Source of the DNA: Halocafeteria seosinensis
Taxonomy: Eukaryota
DNA length: 64,000 nucleotides
Direction of reading: 5' to 3'
Assembly (NCBI GenBank): GCA_001687465.1
Contig: LVLI01000341.1
Coordinates: 1-64,000 of the forward strand
A program made the translations under genes and the position numbers. Below, one piece after another: positions 1 through 10,505 of the stretch. How positions within the stretch are numbered: the first letter of the stretch is position 1; each line of letters begins with the position of its first letter. The notes under the pieces are model-generated. The model was not told where the DNA came from, did no database searches, and saw only the letters and a program-made list of their open reading frames with translations.

Positions 1-133
1 TGTTTGTTCCTTATGATACCCTTTTTGTAATTTTTATTCAAGGGATTACAAGGGGAAGGCATGTTCCCCATGCCAGCGGGCGAGGTGTGGTGGTGATACA
101 CGTTGTTTCACTGCTATAAATCGGGTATATTGG

Positions 134-475
134 TTAATTTTCGTCTTCCTCCTCTTCTACAGTTTCGTCATCCAGACGACCTACTTTCCCGTAGCGAACA
201 AGCATCATTTCTTTGAGCCTGGAACTGTGCAGTCTGGTCCTTCGGTGGCCGCGCAGCCAGCCACTAATGGAGAAACTGCCTTCGGCAGCAAAAATGGAAG
301 GAGGGATCGACATCAGTAGTTTGGCAGGATGTAGCAAGAGTGGGAACTGCTTTCCGTACGTCTTCCAGAAGGTTGCAACAGTGTTGCCTTCGCCACAATG
401 CCAGTCACCTTCGTGCAGTCTCTGGGTAAGTTCCACTGGGATGTGATTTTGGTGTTCCGCACTTTGACCCCACAC
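134..475 (-). pseudogene. hAT transposase C-terminal dimerisation-domain fragment (5'-truncated)
   Basis: Translation 'ATFWKTYGKQFPLLLHPAKLLMSIPPSIFAAEGSFSISGWLRGHRRTRLHSSRLKEMMLVR' fits the hAT dimerisation pattern (WW..FP.L...A..LL.IP.S....ER.FS......R.RL) and ends in an acidic tail. The catalytic core is missing and the ORF stops next to the left end of a second hAT element. Confidence 0.75.
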
Positions 476-509
476 AAAAATGTGGGGTAGGCTGGCTGGA
501 ACAGACGAT

Positions 510-585
510 TTTCCCGACTTTCCCGTTCCCGTGCCCGGAGCCCACTCGCCGTTCCCGTTCCCGTTCCAGCCGTTCCCGGGAACGA
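510..585. repeat. Left subterminal CCGTTCCC repeat cluster of the hAT element
   Basis: Several copies of (C)CCGTTCCC / CCCGGGAAC just inside the left TIR. Confidence 0.75.
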
Positions 586-845
586 ATACATATATGTATC
601 TGCAAACCTTACTACTTTACTTTCCACATGCGTATTCTTGCAGAGCTACGCAACGTTCCTTTGGGAAAGATACTGTTTTGCGAGCTCTTTCGCATTGATC
701 TTCTCCCTGTAATTTGCGTCAGGTTTGGGCGAACATTTCGGTTCCCTCCTCTTTCGTTCGACCGCCGGTGGTGGGGAGCCAAGAACTATGGAGCGATGAA
801 GCTCATTATCGCCAACAATGAAGTCATTGAGAACCTTGATTCCAT

Positions 846-1828
846 CTAAATTCGACGCTTGGCATTCACTAGCTTCTTCGAGCAAATATTCAATGCTGTA
901 CAGTGGATCATCAGGGCCGTCGAAGAACTCTTCCACGTCAGGTCTACATCTTCCTCAGAGAGCTTTGTCTCATCCTCTTTACCGGAGGTATCTTCGAAGC
1001 CCTCGAAATCACTCAAGTCTGCAGCCTCAGCTGCTCCAATTGTATCCCAGTCATCTTTGTCCTCTTCTCGCATGCTGAGCACGTCGATGGCAGCGATTTG
1101 CAGACCGAGGTTTCTATCCAGGCGGTGCTCGCGGAGCCATAAGGGCTTTCTGCGTGGTTCATTTTCAGCAGTACGCTGACGTGTATCCCACTGGAAGTAT
1201 GTTTTCATCTTAGCCGTTTTCGTGAGACTATTGACACTTAGGTTGCTCCTTCTGCTCGTGTTTGCAGCTGACAGATTGGAGAAGAGTCTCTCGACATCCG
1301 CAGAGCCTGGAGGAATGCTGAAGAGTCGTAGAGCGACTTCCTTCAGTTTGTCGTACGAACTGTCAACTTTGCTCCACCATTTTACCGGCTCGATTGTCTT
1401 GTCGTTCCGTTTGTCATATGGAGCTTCGACGTCAAGGAATCTCTCGTATTCGGCGAAGAATTTTACCCCCTGAGCTGGATTGATGACCAGGTTAAGCTGC
1501 TCTGCAAATTCGAGAGTGTTGCGCCAATAGACTCGGCAGCATGCACACCTGAAAAGGTCAATGTCGAGCAATGAAAATGTAGTGACAGCGCAGCTGTGTA
1601 AAGCTGATCACTATACTCGTTGTATCTCAAGTTGAATGACGTCGCAACATGCTGCTTGAAACCCTTCGTTTCTTCAGAGTCGACTCCATTGTCCGTCTCG
1701 GTTACCTCAGCAAGATCGTATCCCATGCGAATCAACTCGATTTGACAATCAGCCAGAGTAGCTCTTCGGTCTTCCAGTCCTAACACACAGCTACAAGCCG
1801 TGCTTGAAAAGAAACAACGAACACACAA
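846..1828 (-). pseudogene. hAT transposase C-terminal half, split over two frames
   Basis: ORF 846-1571 contains 'PVKWWSKVDSSYDKLKEVALRLFSIPPGSADVERLFSNLSAANTSRRSNLS' (dimerisation domain with the S..VER.FS catalytic Glu). ORF 1463-1828 gives the upstream helical part ('LEDRRATLAD...LYTAALSLH'). The frame change near 1570 is a frameshift or a short intron. The N-terminal BED/DD region is absent. Confidence 0.8.
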
Positions 1829-1974
1829 GTCTTCTGATTCAGATACGAAGTCTGACGAACATAATGATGAAGACGATTGTCAAAGTATCGGTCGAATTCT
1901 GAGTAACTTCATCATTTTACTCGTGCAAACCATCCACACACACGTATATTTTTTAAGCCTTTTTTTTTGAAATA

Positions 1975-2062
1975 GTTCCCGGGAACAGAGCTTTGCTCTC
2001 CGTTCCCGTTCCCGGAGGTGGGCGCGCGCCCGGGAACGGGCACGTTGGGCACACCGGGAACG
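1975..2062. repeat. Right subterminal GTTCCC/GGGAAC repeat cluster of the hAT element
   Basis: The same motifs as the left end, in both orientations, just inside the right TIR. Confidence 0.75.
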
Positions 2063-2298
2063 TGTTCCAACCACCCTAAATAGAGCCCTTTGACAGATTT
2101 TTTTAGATAACTAAGGTTGACCACAAAGATACATGTTGCTGATTAGCTAACACCGTGGAGCGGCACTTGGTACACGGTGAATAGACCTAACTTTTGTTTG
2201 AATTTGTGTTTGAATTCTAGGATTCAAATTGACCTTTTCCCCCATTCTGCTCGTTATTCTCTTTAAAAGGGACCATTTTCACACTCTAAAGGGGAACA

Positions 2299-3631
2299 AT
2301 GTTCATTAAGAAAGACACTCGAAAAGTTGTGGAAATTCTGGAGGACCCGGAGGACTCGAAAGAGAGCCTCAATCTGGCGCGCCGGGAGGCTGAATTTGAA
2401 AAGGATACCTCCATTTTATGCCGGAACGAGTACAAGGACCGTCTGAGCCGATGTGCATTTCTGTCACTGTACAACAATAAACTGGAATCGCTGACAAACA
2501 TGGCCGTCTTCGAGCAGAGCCCCCTTGAGCAACTGAACCTAGGGCGAAACAACTTGGAAGCCCTGCCGGAAGATGTAAGTTTAGGCTGCATCAGGCAAAT
2601 ATGCGTGACTTCCTTCCAATGGGTGGCATATTTGCGTTTTCTGTATATTAACAGATTGGTCGTCTTACTACTTTGAAAAAGCTATGGGTGGATGACAACA
2701 AGTTGGCGCGCCTTCCCGAGGTAAGTGGCTTTTTGAAATTGTTGGATATATAGTTAAGAAGTATAGACGTTAACCACTACCGCGCAGTGTATATTCAAGC
2801 TGACAAATCTAGAGCTGCTGAAAGTTTCCAACAATTCCATTGATGATGTTCCTGAAGATCTTGGATCCTTGACAAGTCTTCGTGAGCTTGTATGTGCCGT
2901 CCGCTTTCTCTACGATACCGTTGCTGCTAACCTCATTTTCTTTTTTCTTGCAGGCCCTGGATAATAATAGATTAACGCGCCTCCCTTCCGCGATAGGACG
3001 GCTTCGTTCCCTAAAGGTTCTAGTTATTAGGTGAGCAAGGTTTCAAACTGAAGTGTGGGTGGTACGACAGAGAACTATAATACGATGCTGCAGGGACAAC
3101 AAAATCGGGACCGTGCCTACGTCCATAGCTAATTTGACTGAGTTGGGGGAGCTTTACATGAGCTCGAACGAAATCGAGGAGCTTCCCGAAGAAATAGGTC
3201 ACTTGGCTAGGTACGTACCGAAGGGAGAACGCGACATACTCTGGATACTTAGCGTGGTCTATGATCATTCCAGACTTCGTATCTTGCGTGTGAATAAGAA
3301 TAGGTTGACTACTCTTCCGCCCGCACTTGCTGACTGTCGTAACTTGGAAACGTTCAATTGCTCTCATAATAGGATATCAATCGTACCGGAAAGGTTGTTT
3401 GAAGCTTGGAGCAAGTATCTACCAAAATCGGTGTACAATGAAGCAGAAGAAGACCGATCCAAAAGAGCAAGGCATGAGGAGGATGCTGAAGAGTCGGAAG
3501 AAATCCACCCTAAGTCGCTGAAAGTTTTGTTTTATGAAAATCCCGTAGAACATAATCGAGGAATTAAATTAGAAGAGTCCGAATGGAAGCAGCCATTGGT
3601 ACAGCTCTGGAAAACGAAATCTAGCAAATAG
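2299..3631 (+). CDS. Leucine-rich repeat protein (SHOC2/LRRC-like), about 6 exons
   Basis: Repeats of the form LxxLxLxxNxLxxLP (LEQLNLGRNNLEALPED, LGELYMSSNEIEELPEE, LRILRVNKNRLTTLPP). Introns at about 2575-2654, 2721-2787, 2890-2953, 3031-3093 and 3211-3273 keep the frame. Confidence 0.85.
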
Positions 3632-3641
3632 GTGTGTTATT

Positions 3642-6600
3642 CTATTCAAGAAGGCTAGGGTTGTTGGGCCGGGTGAACACTAGAACTAACAGACCGAGCG
3701 TTTGAGTCGAAAATCCGGCGATGCAGTAAGCGAAATAGTAGTTCCACATACGAATAAAGTGATCGTCAAATCCAAGGCGTCTGCAATCGGCGGATACACG
3801 CTTGTGATGACCTGTTGAATGCTACAGGTCGGTTATTGCACCTACTTAATGCGTGGCAGAACTGCGTTGAAATTACGCTGCCAACGTCTTAGAGTTTCGG
3901 CGTAATGGACACAGAAGTTTTCCACGCCTGCAGATGACAAAATGACGATAAATTTGGAGAAGACCAGCCGAAGTCTACGCAAGCGTACCGTTGATTGTTA
4001 GCGACGAAGCATTGGCTGCAGTGCGCGCAAGGACTTCCAGCGACGGAAGCGCTCCTCCAGGGAAAATTATCGTATTGATGAAATCCGCGGTCTTCGAGTA
4101 TTCCGCAAATCTGTAAAATGTTTGATGTCCAACTTCCTCAGAACTCTGCAATGACTCATGATGGAGACTCACCTGTTTTCAGGGATTGTGATCGCCTCCA
4201 TTACCATGAGGCCGTTTGGTGCCATTAGATCATCACAATTCCGCATGAACTCTTCTGTTCCACGTGAGCAACATTGAGCTGACAAAAATGCGGCAACGAA
4301 ACCCCCGAAATCTACGTACCCATATGATTGATTCCGACAGCTTCTACCATCTCGCAGCAAAATATTCTATCGTAGCTGCTAGGATGTTTCTTCGTGAACT
4401 CTCGGTAGTCGAACAATTCCAACTGCACTCGGTAGACCGGTTGCCCTGCATCAGATTCGACAGTATGGGGACTGTCATTACCCATGAACTTACAGTTATC
4501 AAGTGAGATAAGTTGAGCACGTCTATTCGCTGCCTCGCCCAGTCTAATTGCTCCGTTGATAGCGTTATGCCTGACGGAAGGAGGGAGTAAAGTGCGTGGA
4601 AACGTGGATGCGGGACATTGTAAACCAACTCTCTCGTACCGTGAACTGCGCAGCCAACACGCTGAGCGAGCCGAATAGCCAAAGATCCCCAACCGAAGCC
4701 GATATCAAGAACACAATGCTTCTTCTGAGAAGTAATAATGTGACGGTAATGATCAGAGAGTGCTTCGAAACATCAAGATGGCGCCTACCTGTACTTTCCC
4801 CCTTGTTATCAGGTGATCCAGCTTCCTAATCTGCGCTTCGTCTAGGCTTCCTTCGAGATGAAGATTCCCTCTAATATGTCGTTCTTTGAAAAACGCACAA
4901 CTATACGTCATGGTAGAGTGGTCAAGAAACGACTCAAACAAACCATTGCTAAGATCGTAGTGAGAATGAATATTTTGGCGCGATCCTGTAGTTCAAAGGA
5001 ACACTGTACAGACAGCCAAGTTTACATTTCGAAGGAGGCTTTATCTTACCGGCGATGGTATTATCAAGGAAATATTTGTATGATGCCGAATTTAGTAAAG
5101 TCCCAATCCAGCTTGTCCACAACCTCTTTGTGTCCAGTGTTGCGCTTTCGGAATCTCGATTAAATATAAAAACACGGAAAAGATTTACTAAACTGTCACA
5201 AGACCAATCGCCGGCGATATACGCCCGTGCCAATCCGAGATCCGCCTCTGCGCAAACTCTTAAGAAAAACGACCAGCGATGTACATGGACTGTCGCTCTA
5301 TGTTGAGATGCACTATCCCCAAATATACTCTCTCTCGAGTCTGGAAGCCTGAGCACGACGCAGCCCTCGCGGATACTTTCGTCGAGGAACCTCAGGACCG
5401 GAGCCGACAAGTTGCTCATCGTTAACTTCCCGAAGAATGCCACCCCCTTCGTTACTAGCTCTGTCACGCTTCGCTTTTCATTTAGTAATCGTTGGACGTC
5501 AGGGTTCTCATCCATGTGCGTGAAGCGGGGAACGGGCTCGGAGGGCTCAAAATGACCACGCAGATGGGATTCCACCCGTTGCATGCCTTCGTAGCGGTGT
5601 TGCCTTAGAGCGTGTTGGATAGTCCCAGGAATGTCGCTGTCATCGGCATCTTTGAAATGAGAGGCGTGGATCCTGCCGACGGAATCCCTTGTTATCCCCT
5701 CGTGGTTCTCAAAAAACTGCTTAACTGCTGCTGAGTGGACGTCCTGCAGACCTTCGGCTTCAGAATATCTCCCCTCATCCGCTTCAACGACGGCCGAGAA
5801 CGGAATCCGTTGAGATGTAGGTCCTTTCCACCACGGGGCAAGTTTTCCGGACAACATGCTAGCCACATGGAGCCCTGACTTAAGTCCATCTTCGTGAAAC
5901 CCGTAGCCCAAGTACGCACCACAGAACCACATGCGGCGTTGGCCTTGCAGACGCTTAATTTGTTCCTGGGCTTTTATGGCAGAAATTGTGTATTGAGGGT
6001 GAGAGTATGTCATCATCTTGACAAGCTTTGACGTCTCTGGAAGTTCAGAAGGATTAAGCGTCAGAAACAAGTCTTTTGTAACCGTCTTGGGAACGCTTGT
6101 ATCTTTCCTCTCGACGATTTCCATCTCGCCCGCATTTAATGAGGGGCTCGTGTTAACTCTGTCCAAATTTTGCAGCTTGTTCAGCCAGTACGTAACACAA
6201 CATGGTTCATCTCCGGAAGCCTGAGCACCTTTGCCCATGTAATTCCAAGCTGACCAAACTTCCCGACGATAAGGCATTAAGCCCTCGTCAATGTGTAAAT
6301 AGGCGGTGTTGGTTTTGTAAGAGAAGTTGTTGAGAGCATCAGCTTCCTCACGAGAACTGTCACTATCCAAGATTTCTAGAATCTGCTCTGGGTGGCACGC
6401 GAAGATTACATCGTCAAAGTGCTCGATACCGCTCGTACTGTTCACTGCAACATGTTCGTGGTTACTGGCAACTTTCCCAACCGGTTCGTTGAAGAAAATG
6501 TTTCCATTTCGGATGAACTGTTCATCAGTCAAGAGTTTCGAAACGTATTCACAACTTCCTCCAGAAACTGTTCTCCATTGAGGCCTGTGTAAGAACCCGT

Positions 6601-7610
6601 AAGTTAATGGGGAAACTAAAGCTGAATAGTCATGTCGTTGAGTGCAGTACCTGTCGAAGAGCTTCAGTAGGGAATGATTGATGCAAAAGTTAATCAGTGT
6701 CTTTGCCGGAAATTTCAGAGCATCTGCTCTGGTTGATGACCATACTGCTCCTACCATGGGTAAGAGATACCTGTGTCTAAATACCTGCTGCCGGTCCACC
6801 AGGTATTACGGATACGCTCTTGTTGCATAGTATTCTATGAGACTTCTTACCTCGCTATACTTGTTATACTCTAGGTATTCCTCCAATGTAATTTTGTCGG
6901 AAGCCTTGTCCGTCCGTGCAGCAAGTTTAGGTGCCTCCCTGGATAGATATGCCTGGTTTCAATTCCGCGCAACCAGCTACCTTTGGAAGACTTACTTGTT
7001 GAATCTCACAATGTCTTGCAGCATTTGGTAAAAGCTTCTATCTACCACGTTTGACCTAGTTGCGAAAGCCGCTTTGAGACCGTCACTTCCCCACTCTTGG
7101 CTTCTATTCTGGAGGGATACCGCGAATGACATATCTGTCGGCTCAGTGCGGACTCCCAGTTGCTGCAACGACCAGTAAAGGTTGCTCAAAACGGGCTATC
7201 GGCAGCTTCGACAATAGGCATACCCACCTCGAAAAGACCCATCAGATTTGGATAAGTATGTTCATTGTAAACCAGGAAGCCAGTGTCTATGGGCACACCG
7301 TCCACCTGTGCAGACTCAGTAGTACGTCTACCTAGTTAGGTAGTTAGAAATTCGCTGGCACTGGGGATCACTGACTTACATATACGGTGTTGGCATGACC
7401 TCCAGCTTTCGAACTACTCTCGTATACCGTCACCTGAATAGGAGTACTCCCGGATGGATCATCCCGCGTTAGGAGGTAAGCCGCACCCAAACCAGCAACT
7501 CCTGATCCAATGATGGCCACCTTGCGCGGTCGCGACTGCGGTTCTTCGGCGGCACTACCTTTCTGCCGGCGATTGTCCTGGGGTTGCTTTTGAGAAGTTC
7601 CGTGCGTCAT
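3642..7610 (-). CDS. Fusion of a FAD-dependent oxidoreductase (amine-oxidase/COG2907 type) and a SAM-dependent cyclopropane/unsaturated fatty-acyl methyltransferase (CMAS family); multi-exon
   Basis: N-terminal domain: VAIIGSGVAGLGAAYLL, GGHANTV, DTGFLVYNEHTYPNL, TDMSFAVS, WRTVSGGS, WSAWNY, YSHPQY, CGAYLGYGFHEDGLKSG. C-terminal domain: DLGLARAYIAGDW, HYDLSN, MTYSCAFF, VLDIGFGWGSLA (SAM-binding), GITLSTEQ, CEMVEAVG, IFPGGALPS, HYAETLRRW, GFDDHFIRMWNYYFAYCIAGF. ORF 4949-6799 spans the junction in one frame. Stop TAG at 3644-3642. Confidence 0.92.
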
Positions 7611-8136
7611 CGTAGGATTATACGCAATATGAATGGGTGCTGAATACAATACAAGCCGTAGATCGTCAATTTATCCGCTCCAGCACTCTAAACTGGTCAT
7701 GAAAATACCCAACAGAGTCTCGTCTGCACACAAATGGTAATGAAAATCATAACGAGGAACATTGATAATTTTCATTTCAATTTCATAATGTACATACCAT
7801 ATTCTGGCGAATTACAATCCACACAGATGGGGTAGCATAGCTTCCACGTGTACCACCATGTACTTGATCCTGACGTCATCCGCACCACGTCATACTCTGG
7901 CTTTATGGAGTCGTTACAATCTTCACATCGAACGAAGTTTCATGAATCGTTGACATACCAATGACTGCCGTCGCAAAATGCATGAAGTAGGTCTGGAGCA
8001 ATGAAAATTGGATGCGGGGACGAAAAATAACAGAGGGGCATTGCTGTTAGCCATCGCCAAGATCGCGTGATAGGATACCACCTTGTGCATGAAGGACTCC
8101 CACGATTGGGGTTCGAAAGCAAAGTGTTCTCTCCCC

Positions 8137-9462
8137 ATGGCAGACACAAACGGCCAAAATACAACCATTCAAAGGCAAGAGCATGGGACGAGGAGTGATG
8201 CAGCCCCCTGCATGTATGTTGGACGCGTTGCTCATCATCGGAGGAAGCCCAAGTCTCACAGATTCGAGTACGGTCTCTTCTACATGTTTCTAAACACGAA
8301 GGTACGTGTCCCTTATCTCTTTTCGAAACGATTGTGATGGGCACCGCCATCGCACTCACACAGAGGCTCAATAAGGACATTGGCAACAAGTGGTGGCCGC
8401 TTCTAGGAATCCAACGTCCCGCAATAGCCGCTTTCTACGATAGGGATCATATGAAAGGTAGAAAAGTATCTAGCGAGAGTACCGATTCTGCTGTAAGTTT
8501 GCATTAACTTGCGCGTGTCACGATAAAGAACCACCCAAGCAGCGGTCACCTGGTTGTACGGAACTTGTACCGCAGGTAAGGAAACTGGTTCATGAGAAAA
8601 CAGGGAAATTCCCTGAAGGAGATATCTTTCTGTTAACCCACTTGAGGTATTGCGGATACTGTTTCAACCCGGTCTCGTTTTACTATGTATACAAACCAGG
8701 AGGAGACGCTCTTGAGTCGGTGGTAGCTGAAGTATCCAACACTCCTTGGTAGGTGCAGTTTGGACACACCCTTCCACAGGCACTTGACAGTGGCGAATAT
8801 TTATAGTGTCTGCAGGAGCGAAATGCATTGGTATGTAATGTCAGATGAAAACCCAGAAGTGGAAGCGAAAGATATTGAACTGCGTTGCGACGGTGTCACT
8901 ACGCCGGCAACACAATACAAGTTTCGGAAAGCATTCCATGTTTCTCCCTTCATGGATATGAATCATCAGTATAGATGGACGCTAACTGCACCGAAAGAAA
9001 AACTGTTCATATACGTGAGTTCCTGGAGTCCTGGGTCCAACAGCTCCAGGGTCTGCGCTTGAGTCCCACTTTACCTCCTTCATTTACAGAACACTAACAC
9101 GCATGATGAGGAGGGAACGCTTTTCAGCGCTTCATTAGAAATGACCCGATGGGAGATATGCTCCTCAAATATCATATGGATACTCGTAAGCTGCTCTCCC
9201 AAAAGGTTCAAGGGATGGCGACAAATCAATCCTCATCCTTTGTTTGAGTCGCATTGACTTGCAGGCTCTCTACCCGCTCATGACTCTTCGTATACAATGG
9301 TGGATACATGTCCACGCTTTTTATCTTTGGTTGAAGAGTGTGCCATTCTATCCACATCCTGAAGGCACCGAGACACGCATGTCGAAGGTGATTGCGGCGT
9401 TGATTGGAGGCTTCTTGGCTCTCTGGGGTTGGCTGACGTGCAGGAGCTGCCGAAGAACATGA
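8137..9462 (+). CDS. DUF1365 family protein (UfaO-like), multi-exon
   Basis: Spliced translation has the family hallmarks: YVGRVAHHRRKPKSHRFEYGLF, FYDRDH, IFLLTHLRYCGYCFNPVSFYY, VVAEVSNTPW, FRKAFHVSPFMDM, PLMTLRIQWWIHVHAFYLWLKSVPFYPHP. First intron 8302-8363 is in phase 0. Confidence 0.9.
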
Positions 9463-10505
9463 TTTTCTCAGGGCATTACCTAATTATTTGCAGCATAGCA
9501 CTGGAGGAATTTTCGGGTCTCCTCTGTAATCTATACTGCGCAACGCGACGAAGTTGCGACCAGGTGGTGTCAACACTGTCAATTTCCCCGATTTGGGGAC
9601 GCAGCTTCACAAAGTTGTTGTCGAGTTGTTTCTCACCTAAACAATTGCAGAACGAATTAATGAACGCCACGATAGTTCGTTCTTTATAGTTTTATCAATG
9701 ACGCCTACGAATCCCACCGAATACCAGCCAACACGTGCGTGTATGTCGGTGCGGAATGGATCTGACTCTTTACACCTCCGTCCTCAATGGTCGGAGGGTA
9801 TAGGTAGCTTAGGAGGATTCTCGGCCCCCTGTTAATGATATCCTGATGCTTGGGGCATTACGGTAGCAAGTGAGGCACCAGCCGATGCACCGTTATTGCT
9901 AGTTGAAAACTACATCCAATGCCCGTTCGTTCGCGCTCTGCGCAGAACGACAATCTTTGGAACTCGAAGATTCCATCCATAACAACGACAAAACAAAGCT
10001 CTGACACGTTAATCTGCATCCCTGAATTCCGTAACAAAGCTGTGAGAAAATCATTCGCGGGAGATTTCTGTTTAAAGATATGCATAGGGTGTCTCCCATT
10101 GGAGATCAGTTTCAACGAAATTAAGTGAAATGTTGCACAAACCCACCCCGGAGGATGAAGGTTCATACAAGATACCACCGATTTGCTTTCTTCCTGGCTT
10201 CTTAATATGAGGACCATGGTTCGCCCATTCAAATAATGGTTGAAATTAAATATCTCCTCTCATTGGCTATTCCACTGATATCGTGGTAATGGGTTTAAAA
10301 CAATGAGGATCGTACCTAATGGCATTGTTTACCTTCCAATCACTTCCATGCACAGGTGTGAATTGTTGCTCCAACTTCCCTTCCCGGCTGACTCCCGACG
10401 AAGTTTAGCACCGTTTATATCGCCATTTCCCATCCGAATTGTAGCTTTACGGTGTGATTTTGTCCTAATTAATTGTGTCAGTAGTCCCTAAAGTCGAGAA
10501 CGAAA

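Larger units (their letters stand above)
488..2078 (-). mobile_element. Internally deleted (non-autonomous) hAT DNA transposon
   Basis: 16-bp terminal inverted repeats: 488-503 TAGGCTGGCTGGAACA versus the reverse complement of 2063-2078, TAGGGTGGTTGGAACA (14/16 identical, TAG start). Both ends have clustered subterminal GTTCCC/GGGAAC motifs, and a transposase C-terminal fragment lies inside. No 8-bp TSD (ATGTGGGG versus AATAGAGC). Confidence 0.8.

Noticed and set aside
510..585. GTTCCC repeats as a CRISPR array or telomeric repeat
   Set aside because: No regular repeat-spacer period and irregular units. They recur at 1975-2062 inside TIRs, so transposon subterminal repeats explain them.
3642..9462. 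Bacterial contaminant or operon
   Set aside because: Both genes contain many GT-AG introns like their neighbours, are divergent instead of co-directional, and abut a eukaryotic LRR gene.
2299..9462. Apparent frameshifts and stops as pseudogenes or an alternative genetic code
   Set aside because: The breaks I checked are bounded by GT...AG and restore the frame when spliced under the standard code.
9770..9860. Hairpins and ATGATA...CTGA resembling a box C/D snoRNA
   Set aside because: The boxes are too close together and imperfect, and no guide sequence is recognisable. It cannot be supported without a covariance search.
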